Notes: generated by a model from the sequence alone, not told the origin. A DNA stretch of 63,431 nucleotides from an uncultured Clostridia bacterium (GCA_949283145.1 CASDRL010000025.1:1-63431); one strand, 5' to 3'. Positions 8,901 to 16,252 are shown, numbered from the stretch's first letter. Numbers and translations: made by a program.

Positions 8901-9026
8901 CTGAACGCCGCCATTCGGCGCATAACTTTGTCAGCGCCCTTGTCGTGGATGCTCACGTACGTCTGTGTACGCTCCGCCTCCCGACAAGGGCGCTTTCGCG
9001 TTCTGCATCCAAATGGCGGCGTTTAG
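8901..9026. repeat. M-family copy M6
   Basis: CTGAACGCCGCCATTCGG...CCAAATGGCGGCGTTTAG, with inner stem GCGCCCTTGTCG/CGACAAGGGCGC and apical CGTAC-loop-GTACG. Confidence 0.7.
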
Positions 9027-9045
9027 TAAATTAGCGTTTGTGCGG

Positions 9046-9434
9046 GCGTGTTTGAGTACGATGGCTCTTTTTCGGAGACGGGATTACGCGCCGCTCAGCC
9101 AAACTTGCACAGCAGGCGCTTGCGCCTGCTCTTGCAAGTCGCGGCGCGCTAAATGAGTGCCGAGCGCCGACGAAACATTAAATAGGCACGGGCGTCGTGC
9201 GCGAGCGCCGAATTCCTCCGCCCGTGCCGGGTTCTCGGTGAGTTCTGTTCGCCGCTCGATTATGTTAGTGCGAGACACAAACTTTTTTCAAGAGGCGGAC
9301 GGTAAGTCCCGCATTTTAGGAGGACGATACTATAATCGGACACGGGGGAGGAAAGCCCGAAGGGAAGGAGGGAGAATTCTAACTCACCCCCGGGACGAAC
9401 AGCTTATTCGGAGCGTCCCCGAACACGACGAACA
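9046..9434 (-). ncRNA. L-element copy D (short variant)
   Basis: Reverse complement of the 9808-10247 architecture. Lacks the 42-nt inner insert. Apex AGCAGGCG/CGCCTGCT forms a perfect stem. Confidence 0.5.
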
Positions 9435-9481
9435 GACTATCCGGCGTGTATTTGAATGCGATGAACGCTTGATCGCAGAAC

Positions 9482-9515
9482 CTCAAAACGACCGGCACTC
9501 GCCGGTCGTTTTGAG
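9482..9515 (-). terminator. Terminator of the 44-codon minigene
   Basis: CTCAAAACGACCGGC-loop-GCCGGTCGTTTTGAG immediately after the stop at 9524. Confidence 0.5.
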
Positions 9516-9523
9516 TTGCAATG

Positions 9524-9658
9524 TCACTTGCAGTTTTTGCAGTTTCTGGCGTCGGAAGCGTTCTTGGAGGCTTTCGCCTGCTTGCCCGCTTTCGCCTTGG
9601 AGCTTTCGCTCGCTGCGGAAGCCTGTCTGCCGTTTGCTCCGGATTTGGTGTTTTCCAT
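9524..9658 (-). CDS. Small basic Ser/Ala/Lys-rich protein, 44 aa (possible forespore small protein)
   Basis: AAGGAG-N5-ATG. Translation MENTKSGANGRQASAASESSKAKAGKQAKASKNASDARNCKNCK. Own promoter and terminator. Below the ORF-track length cutoff. Confidence 0.55.
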   Translation of the reverse strand: MENTKSGANGRQASAASESSKAKAGKQAKASKNASDARNCKNCK

Positions 9659-9709
9659 GTTCACTCCTTTGGGGGATCGCCCCGTGTTCAGACTTTTGCC
9701 TGTCGAGGG

Positions 9710-9739
9710 TAGTATGCCGCTCCGCTCGGGGTTTTATAC
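9710..9739 (-). promoter_or_regulatory. Sigma-G/F-like promoter of the minigene
   Basis: GTATA-N18-CATACTA on the minus strand, matching the forespore sigma-G consensus GHATR-N17/18-CATXHTA. Confidence 0.4.
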
Positions 9740-9807
9740 TTCGCTCTGCGGGGGAATTGTTTTCCCACGCCACTTTTCGCCGCCAAGTGTTCATCTCGGT
9801 TCAGAGT

Positions 9808-10247
9808 GTTCGTCGTGCTCAAGCACACTCCGAACAGGCTTTTCGTCTCGCGGGTGAGTTAGAATTTCCCCCTCCTTCCCTTCGGGCTTTCCTCCCCCGT
9901 GTCCGATTAGAGTATCGTCCTCCTAAAATGCGGGACTTACCGTCCGCCTTTTGAAAAAAGTTTGTGTCTCGCACTAACATAATCGAGCGGCGAACAGTAC
10001 TCACTGAGAACCCGGCACGGGCGGAGGAATTCGGCGCGACGCGATTGGCGCGGAGCGCAGCAATCGCTGGACCTTCGGTTCGCGCACTACGCCCGTGCCT
10101 ACTTAATGTTCCGTCGGCGCTCGGCACTCACTTAGCGCGCCGCGACTTGCAAGCGTGGGCGAAAATTCGCCCACGGTGCAAGTTTGGCTGAGCGGCGCGT
10201 AATTCCGTCTCCGAAAAAAGAAACATCGCATTCGGGGGCGCTCGCCC
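9808..10247 (+). ncRNA. L-element copy A (reference copy of the candidate structured RNA)
   Basis: 5' GGGTGAGT (9852) pairs with ACTCACTT (10126). Helix GGCACGGGCG...CGCCCGTGCC encloses a C(UUCG)G hairpin. The 3' hairpin has three tiers: CGCGCCGC-GACTTGCA-CGTGGGCG/CGCCCACG-TGCAAGTT-GCGGCGCG. Hairpin-bearing direct repeats at both ends. Confidence 0.55.
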
Positions 10248-10251
10248 TTGC

Positions 10252-10406
10252 TTTAATAAAAGTGCGCCGAGTGTTGCGGGCGAAGCCGCAACGCTCGGCG
10301 CATTCTTATAAAAAACAAGGGGTCGAGGGGCATAATGCCCCTCGCGAGGTCAAGGGGCAGAGCCCCTTGCACACTCCCACCGGGATGCAGGGGCAGAGCC
10401 CCTGCC
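10252..10406. repeat. H-family hairpin cluster H2
   Basis: AT-flanked hairpin GCGCCGAGTGTTGCGG-GCGAA-GCCGCAACGCTCGGCGC (10264-10301), followed by GAGGGGCATAATGCCCCTC, AAGGGGCAGAGCCCCTT and GCAGGGGCAGAGCCCCTGC. Confidence 0.7.
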
Positions 10407-10487
10407 GGGGGCAAGGACGGCGAAAAGTTAGCAATGTGCAACTTTCCGGCGGCGTATCGTTGCCATCGCGCGCGTGTGTGCTATAAT

Positions 10488-11156
10488 ATGCGTATGGTCA
10501 ACATCGGCAACTCCTGGGACGGGCTTCTTGCGGACGTCTTTGCGTCCGAAAACTATTTGCGGCTGCGCGAATTTCTCAAAGAGGAATATCGCCGTCACAC
10601 CGTCTATCCCGATATGCACGACATTTTCAACGCGCTGCGCTACACCCCGTACGAAAAGGTGAAAGCGGTCATCCTCGGGCAGGACCCCTATCACGGGGAA
10701 GGGCAGGCGCACGGGCTTTGTTTTTCCGTAAAACCCGGCGTGCCCGCTCCGCCGTCTCTCCAAAACATTTTCAAAGAGATCCGCGACGAGACGGGCGTTG
10801 ACAACACCTCGCCATGTCTTGTGCCGTGGGCAAAGAACGGCGTGCTCCTTCTCAACACCGTGCTCACCGTACGGGCAGGGCAGCCCAATTCCCACAGCGG
10901 CAAAGGATGGGAAGAGGTCACGGACGAGATCATCCGCCGTCTCAACGCGCGCGAAGAGCCGATGGTCTTCCTGCTTTGGGGCAGGAACGCGCGCTCCAAA
11001 AAAGCGCTAATCACTTCGCCCCGACACCTCGTGCTCGAGTGCGCGCACCCATCGCCCCTCTCCGCCTACAACGGCTTCTTCGGTTGCGGGCACTTCCGCA
11101 AGACGAATGAGTTTTTGCAGAAATACGGGGTTGAACCCATAGATTGGCGCACTTAA
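10488..11156 (+). CDS. ung: Uracil-DNA glycosylase, family 1
   Basis: GQDPYHG, PPSL, LLLNTVLTVRAGQPNSH, HPSPLS. Start ATG 10488 or 10494 (the ORF-track start 10335 runs through the repeats). Confidence 0.95.
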   Translation: MRMVNIGNSWDGLLADVFASENYLRLREFLKEEYRRHTVYPDMHDIFNALRYTPYEKVKAVILGQDPYHGEGQAHGLCFSVKPGVPAPPSLQNIFKEIRDETGVDNTSPCLVPWAKNGVLLLNTVLTVRAGQPNSHSGKGWEEVTDEIIRRLNAREEPMVFLLWGRNARSKKALITSPRHLVLECAHPSPLSAYNGFFGCGHFRKTNEFLQKYGVEPIDWRT

Positions 11157-11183
11157 ACAGCGTTTTATGCAAAAGGAGTGACA

Positions 11184-11405
11184 ATGGCAGTCAACATAGA
11201 CAGGATAAACGAGCTTGCGCGCAGGGCAAAGACGGAAGGTCTCACGGAAGAGGAGAAGGCGGAGCAGGCAAAGCTCAGGCGTGAGTATGCGGACAGCGTT
11301 CTCGGCAATCTCCGGGCACAGTTGGACAATACTTATATAAAAAAAGAGAACGGGGAGATCGTCCGTCTTTCGGCGCGTTCCGAGGATGATCGGGACACGG
11401 AGTAG
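11184..11405 (+). CDS. UPF0291/DUF896 (YnzC-like) small protein
   Basis: INELARRAKTEGLTEEEKAEQAKLRREY. AAAGGAG RBS before ATG 11184. Confidence 0.8.
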   Translation: MAVNIDRINELARRAKTEGLTEEEKAEQAKLRREYADSVLGNLRAQLDNTYIKKENGEIVRLSARSEDDRDTE

Positions 11406-11509
11406 GACGGGTTCGCCGAGCCCGCAGCGGTTCGGATGAGCAAACAACAGGCGCCGCGGCGGGGGCGAAAGGAGCGCACCGCGCGGCGGGATCGGAGGAA
11501 TACGGTTTT

Positions 11510-12301
11510 ATGAGTACAGCAGGCATGACCGCTCTCGGTTTCGTGCTGGTCTTTATCGGCACGGCTGCGGGCGCGGCGGTCGTATTCGTGTTCAAGAAGG
11601 ACATTTCACCCAAGTTCAACACCCTCTTTTTGGGGTTCGCGGCGGGAATAATGATCGCGGCGTCCGTGTGGTCGCTCATCATCCCTTCCATCGACGGGGC
11701 GGAGAGCTACGGCAAACTCGCGTGGCTGCCGGCGGCGATAGGCATCGTCGCGGGCGGAGTCTTCCTCACCTTACTTGACAAGGTGGTGCCGCACATGCAC
11801 ATCGCCACCAACGAGGTGGAAGGTATGCACTCCAATGCCGCCATGTCCACCAAGATGTTCCTCGCCGTCACCATCCACAACATCCCCGAGGGGCTTGCCG
11901 CGGGCGTGGTGTTCGGCGCCGCCGCCGCGACGGGCAGCAAAGAGGCGTATTTCTCCGCGCTTGTGCTCGCTATCGGTATGGCGGTGCAGAATTTCCCGGA
12001 AGGCGCAGCCGTTGCCCTTCCTCTGCGTGCGGCGACGGGCAGCCGCGTCAAAGCCTTCCTCTATGGCGCGGGCAGCGGCATCGTCGAACCCATATTCGCC
12101 ATCTTCGGCTATTTCCTCACCTCTTACGTCGAAGCGCTTCAGCCCTGGCTCCTCGCGTTCGCGGCGGGTGCGATGCTCTTCGTCGTCGCGGAAGATCTCA
12201 TCCCCGAGGCAAAACTCGCGGAGCATCCCCACCTCGGTACCTGGGGCGTCGTGAGCGGGTTCGTGCTCATGATGATCCTCGACGTCGCCCTCGGTGCGTG
12301 A
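11510..12301 (+). CDS. ZIP-family divalent metal permease (ZupT-like)
   Basis: Polytopic membrane protein with HNIPEGLA and QNFPEG motifs. Confidence 0.88.
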   Translation: MSTAGMTALGFVLVFIGTAAGAAVVFVFKKDISPKFNTLFLGFAAGIMIAASVWSLIIPSIDGAESYGKLAWLPAAIGIVAGGVFLTLLDKVVPHMHIATNEVEGMHSNAAMSTKMFLAVTIHNIPEGLAAGVVFGAAAATGSKEAYFSALVLAIGMAVQNFPEGAAVALPLRAATGSRVKAFLYGAGSGIVEPIFAIFGYFLTSYVEALQPWLLAFAAGAMLFVVAEDLIPEAKLAEHPHLGTWGVVSGFVLMMILDVALGA

Positions 12302-12455
12302 CCCGCTCTTGCGCCTTCACGCAGAATATGTTATAATCCTTTTCGACGGCACAGTCCGTCACTCCGGGGACGGATCCTCCGCCCCCATTAAAAAGGGGAG
12401 AGGTTCGCTTTTGCGAACACGCATTGCCCGGCTCATCCCCCCAAAGGAGAAAAGT

Positions 12456-12821
12456 ATGCTCAGATCTCACGAGTCGGAAGAGATGTATCTCGAGACCATT
12501 CTCGTCATCAAAAAACGCAAGGGTACGGTGCGCTCCGTCGACATTGTCGAGGAGCTGAATTATGCCAAGTCCAGCGTTTCCCGCGGCGTCAACCTGCTCA
12601 TCGAAAAGGGGTTCATCACCATAGGCAAAGGCGGCGACATCTCTTTCACCGAAAAAGGGCTGGAAAGAGCGTCCTCAGTCTATGAGCGCCACCGCGTCAT
12701 CACCCGCGTGCTCCGTTCCCTCGGCGCCACCAAAGAAGTCGCCGAAGAAAACGCTTGCCGCATCGAACACGTCATCTCCGACGAGCTTTTCGACGTCCTC
12801 CGCGCCTACGACGAAAAGTGA
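12456..12821 (+). CDS. DtxR/MntR-family metal-dependent transcriptional regulator
   Basis: SEEMYLETILVI, VRSVDIVEELNYAKSSVSRGVNLLIEKGFI, YERHRVITRVL, ACRIEHVISDE. AAGGAG RBS. Adjacent to the ZIP permease. Confidence 0.88.
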   Translation: MLRSHESEEMYLETILVIKKRKGTVRSVDIVEELNYAKSSVSRGVNLLIEKGFITIGKGGDISFTEKGLERASSVYERHRVITRVLRSLGATKEVAEENACRIEHVISDELFDVLRAYDEK

Positions 12822-13078
12822 GCGCAGGGGCGCCGCCCCTGCACCCCGACGGGGATGTCCAAGGGACTCTGCCCCTTGACCCCGCGAGGGACATTATGCC
12901 CCTCGACCCCAGACTTTAATATAATATTGCGCCGAGCGTTGCGGCTTCGCCCGCAACACTCGGCGCACTTTTATAATAAAAAAGTACGGGGGTGTGGGGG
13001 TATAATACCCCCACAGGGAGCGCGAGGGTGTAACACCCTCGCAAGGGGGCGTGGGGAAATAATTCCCCCACGCGAAAA
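12822..13078. repeat. H-family hairpin cluster H3 with a central bidirectional-terminator-like hairpin
   Basis: Seven tandem GC hairpins. The central one, GCGCCGAGCGTTGCGG-CTTCG-CCCGCAACACTCGGCGC (12929-12966), is flanked by A/T runs and lies between convergent genes. Confidence 0.7.
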
Positions 13079-13080
13079 GA

Positions 13081-14403
13081 TCAATCCGCGAAGGCGTTTT
13101 CGACTTCGGAGCGGGAGAGGGTCTTGGTCCTAAGGAAGGCGGCGCGCAGGCGCGCGATGATGCCTGCGTGGTTTTGAACAATGGTTTTCGCGCGGGCGTA
13201 CTGTTCCTCGAGGATCTTCTCGCGCAGGCGTTCGGTGTCGTCGAGTTTTTGCTCGGAGATCTCGATGTAGTAATAGGTGTCGGTGTTGAGATATCTCCAG
13301 CCGAAGAGTCCGTTCGAGAAGGCGCTGTTGAGGAGTTTCGTTGCGGAATGGAGGTCTCCCTCAAGGTCGGTGAAAGCTCCGCCGAGCAACATTTCTTCCG
13401 CCGCCATACCGCCGAGCAACACCGCCACTTTGTCGAGCAGGGCAGAGCGGTCGTCCACGGTGATGATCAGGCTCTCATCCTCGTCCTCATCGTCGTCGTC
13501 CTCGTCCGGAGCGGAAAAGAGGGAGCGAATGGGCGCGTTGGGCGAGACTTCGGACTCGAAACGCATGGACACTTCGTCATAGGTGCGTCTCAATTCGCGC
13601 GAGACGACGAGGTGTCCGAGCATATGCGTTGCGACGAGCAGCATATCGCGGTCGGAACTTTCGCGGTTGATGTCGCAATGCAGGATCTTGTTCGCCTGTT
13701 CCAGCAATGTCTCGTCGGTGAGGGGAGTGTCCGCGAATATACTTTCCGCCACGGCTTCGTTGACCATCGTTTTGATGTCCGCGCCGTTCAGCCCGGGGAT
13801 CTGTTCCGCAATAGCGGCGCAGTCTATGCCCGTCGGGACGGGGTCGAGCTCGTCGATGTAGTGTTGCAGGATGGCGGCGCGCCCCGCTTTGTCCGGTGCG
13901 TAGAGGCAGATGTGCTTGTCCATCCTGCCGGACCGTAGCAGCGCGGGGTCGAGATCGTCCTTGTCCGAGGACGCGCCCACCACCAGTACCCCTTCACTGC
14001 CGTCCATGCCGTCGATGAGCTTGAGCAGGGCGGAGAGGTTGCGTTTGGTCAGATCCGTCCTGTAATAGCAGTCGCCTACAAAGGTGTTGAGCTCGTCGAT
14101 GAAGACGACGGACGGAGCGACCTTTTTCGCGCGGGCGAACACCGCTTTCAGTTTGCGGATGCCTTTGTGATCGCCGAGTTCCGAGCCGTCCACATAGAAG
14201 AAGGGCGCGTCAAGTTCGGTCGCCAGCACCTTGGCGAACAGCGTCTTGCCTATGCCCGGTTCGCCCGAAAGGATGAGCCCTTTCGGGAGGCGCGCGCCTC
14301 TTTCGCCGTACTCGTCGTAACGGGCGAAAATGTCGATTATTTTCGCAAGTTCCTGTTTTTCGGTATCGTAGCCCGCTATGCTGTCAAGATAAAATTTTTC
14401 CAT
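13081..14403 (-). CDS. Soluble FtsH-like AAA+ ATPase with a degenerate M41 peptidase domain (YjoB-like)
   Basis: Walker A GEPGIGKT, Walker B VVFIDE, DPALLRSGRMDK. The M41-like C-terminus has HEXXH replaced by HMLGH. No TM segments. AAGGAGG RBS. Confidence 0.85.
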   Translation of the reverse strand: MEKFYLDSIAGYDTEKQELAKIIDIFARYDEYGERGARLPKGLILSGEPGIGKTLFAKVLATELDAPFFYVDGSELGDHKGIRKLKAVFARAKKVAPSVVFIDELNTFVGDCYYRTDLTKRNLSALLKLIDGMDGSEGVLVVGASSDKDDLDPALLRSGRMDKHICLYAPDKAGRAAILQHYIDELDPVPTGIDCAAIAEQIPGLNGADIKTMVNEAVAESIFADTPLTDETLLEQANKILHCDINRESSDRDMLLVATHMLGHLVVSRELRRTYDEVSMRFESEVSPNAPIRSLFSAPDEDDDDEDEDESLIITVDDRSALLDKVAVLLGGMAAEEMLLGGAFTDLEGDLHSATKLLNSAFSNGLFGWRYLNTDTYYYIEISEQKLDDTERLREKILEEQYARAKTIVQNHAGIIARLRAAFLRTKTLSRSEVENAFAD

Positions 14404-14737
14404 AGTAGTATCCTCCTTTATTGCGTGATCTCCACCGTTTCGATGACATCACGCCGCAGGAAAGACACCGACAGTCCCGGGGCGCATTAGACAAAAATAA
14501 AAGCGAGTCCCTCCGACCCGCTTCCGACGTCCGAGTGATGAAGAAGATTTAGATTTAGTGCAAGATGTTCGTCATTTTTCTTTCTCCCGATGAGGGGACA
14601 ATAGCACAGACCCTACCCGAAACGCAAGCGAATTTGCAAAAAAATCTCGTCGACGACCGCCCCGAACAAGCGCAAAACACGGCGTCTGCCGTGTTTTGTG
14701 ACATAAAAATATTTTTTCTTGCGCGCATGAGCACAGC

Positions 14738-15173
14738 GGTCTCGTCGTGCTCAAAGACGCTCTATCAAGCTGTTCGTCTCGCGGGTGAGTTAGAATTTCC
14801 CCCTCCTTCCCTTCGGGCTTTCCTCCCCCGTGTCCGAAAAAGTTCAGTCCTCCTAAAATGCGGAACTTACTTTCCACCTCTTGAAAAAATTTGGGTCTCG
14901 CACTTACATAATCGAGCGGCGAACAGTACTCACTGAGAACCCGGCACGGGCGGAGGAATTCGGCGCGACGCGATTGGCGCGGAGCGCAGCAATCGCTGGA
15001 CCTTCGGTTCGCGCACTACGCCCGTGCCTACTTAATGTTTCGTCGGCGCTCGGCACTCACTTAGCGCGCCGCGACTTGCAAGAGCAGGCGCAAGCGCCCG
15101 CTGTGCAAGTTTGGCTGAGCGGCGCGTAATTCCGTCTCTGTAAAAGAAACGGCGCACTCGGGGACGCTCCGAA
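14738..15173 (+). ncRNA. L-element copy B
   Basis: One mismatch to copy A across about 170 nt of core, but a different apex (AGCAGGCG..CGCCCGCT). Confidence 0.5.
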
Positions 15174-15262
15174 AAAGTGATCGGCGCACTTTTATAATAA
15201 AAAAGCACGGGGTGTGGGGGAATAATTCCCCCACAGGGAGCGCAATGGTCACCCCACTTCCC
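15174..15262. repeat. H-family cluster H4 (truncated)
   Basis: Only the right half of the central hairpin (GATCGGCGCACTTTTATAAT) is present, followed by GTGGGGGAATAATTCCCCCAC. Confidence 0.55.
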
Positions 15263-15315
15263 CTCGCAAAAATAGACTTTAACGAACGTAATGCGGGGTT
15301 AAAGTGTGTGTTTTG

Positions 15316-15510
15316 TTATTTGCGGTTTTTATGGTCGCGGTAGAGGGCGTCTATGCTGCGGTCCCATGTTGCCTCTCCTTCCTTTGAAAAGAAGCAGCCG
15401 GGGACGCCGCCTTCCTTGTCGCGGTGGTACGCCACGCACTCACAGCATTTGCCGTGTCTGGGGCAGGGATATGTGCAGGGGCAAGGACGGGTATTGTCAC
15501 AGTTTGGCAT
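15316..15510 (-). CDS. Small cysteine-rich protein (DUF6485-like)
   Basis: CPCTYPCPRHGKCCECVAYH...VPGCFF...WDRS pattern as I recall it from clostridial DUF6485 proteins. AAGGAG RBS and a consensus promoter. Confidence 0.7.
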   Translation of the reverse strand: MPNCDNTRPCPCTYPCPRHGKCCECVAYHRDKEGGVPGCFFSKEGEATWDRSIDALYRDHKNRK

Positions 15511-15535
15511 AATTTTCTCCTTGGTGTTTTTCTAA

Positions 15536-15564
15536 ATTATAAGGCGACGCCGCGTAGTAGTCAA
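15536..15564 (-). promoter_or_regulatory. Promoter of the Cys-rich protein gene
   Basis: TTGACT-N17-TATAAT on the minus strand. Confidence 0.6.
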
Positions 15565-15792
15565 TCCTCTTTGCGCCGAGTGCTGGTGACACATCGTGTG
15601 TTCGGCTGTCCGTGCGCGACGGCGCCGCCGGATCGATGTCGGGCGGGCGGACCAAGGGGCGGGAAATATGGCAGGGCGGGATGACCGGCATGTCCGCGCA
15701 CACATGACAGGCGTTGACGATAAATTCCGTCTGTTCAAAAGCACCGAAAAGAATTGCTCCGAGGCCGGTTCGTATTGTTCCGGTCCGGCATA

Positions 15793-15822
15793 ACAAAAAG
15801 AGACGGGATCTCCGTCTCTTTT
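15793..15822 (-). terminator. Terminator of the tRNA operon
   Basis: AGAGACGG-loop-CCGTCTCT, followed by TTTTTG on the minus strand. Confidence 0.7.
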
Positions 15823-15826
15823 GCCG

Positions 15827-15903
15827 TGGTGGGGTTGAATAGACTCGAACTATCGACCTCACGCTTATCAGGCGTGTGCTCTAACCAACTGAGCTACAAC
15901 CCC
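15827..15903 (-). tRNA. tRNA-Ile (anticodon GAU)
   Basis: GGGGTTGTAGCTCAGTTGGTTAGAGCACACGCCTGATAAGCGTGAGGTCGATAGTTCGAGTCTATTCAACCCCACCA. Cloverleaf with encoded CCA. Confidence 0.95.
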
Positions 15904-15925
15904 TAGTTCCCCTTTCGGGGGCTTG

Positions 15926-16001
15926 TGGTGGAGATGCACGGATTCGAACCGAGGACCTCTTGAATGCAAATCAAGCGCTCTACCAACTGAGCTACACCCC
16001 C
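15926..16001 (-). tRNA. tRNA-Ala (anticodon UGC)
   Basis: GGGGGTGTAGCTCAGTTGGTAGAGCGCTTGATTTGCATTCAAGAGGTCCTCGGTTCGAATCCGTGCATCTCCACCA. G3:U70 identity pair present. Confidence 0.95.
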
Positions 16002-16018
16002 GCGGTGAATGCTTAAAA

Positions 16019-16047
16019 ATGATAGCACCCGCATAATCTTTTGTCAA
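16019..16047 (-). promoter_or_regulatory. Promoter of the tRNA-Ala/tRNA-Ile operon
   Basis: TTGACA-N17-TATCAT on the minus strand, about 18 nt upstream of tRNA-Ala. Confidence 0.6.
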
Positions 16048-16252
16048 ACGATTTTCACACATTGTCTTGTGATTCTACACCAAAGCACACAAAATCGATC
16101 ATACCATACCAAAACTCATAAGGGAAGTAAAAAGTAAGCCCGATCGCGGCGGTTTTGTTGATATTATATCATGTCGAAGCAAATGACGATGCGAGGAAAA
16201 CGCTCCGCGGAGGCGGAGCGTTTTTTTGTGGTTTTGGGGGTGGGTGTTTGGT

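Noticed and set aside
9262-9280. Group II intron 5' end (GTGCGAGAC) within an L-element
   Set aside because: There is no domain V-like 34-nt hairpin, no reverse transcriptase/maturase ORF, and the element is far too short.
9341-9370. RNase P RNA-like motif GGGGGAGGAAAGCCCGAAGGG in L-elements
   Set aside because: The motif is multi-copy. The other RNase-P-like string (GAGAACCCGGCA) lies on the opposite strand of the same element, and no P4-type long-range pairing can be drawn.
9964-10191. Apparently conserved 60-90-aa ORFs inside L-elements (MSRTNIIERRT...; also 9084-9278, 14881-15129, 57120-57392)
   Set aside because: They have no RBS and their start codons vary (GTG/TTG). Copy E has an in-frame stop, and substitutions are compensatory for helices rather than synonymous. 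The in-frame 42-nt indel is noted, but one multiple of three is not evidence for coding.
10252-10406. CRISPR array hypothesis for the clustered short GC palindromes
   Set aside because: The units are themselves hairpins of differing sequence and length. There are no constant direct repeats, no regular spacers and no cas genes.
15827-16001. Integrated element or prophage at the tRNA-Ile/tRNA-Ala locus
   Set aside because: There is no integrase, no duplicated tRNA 3' end and no compositional break. The tRNAs have their own promoter and terminator.
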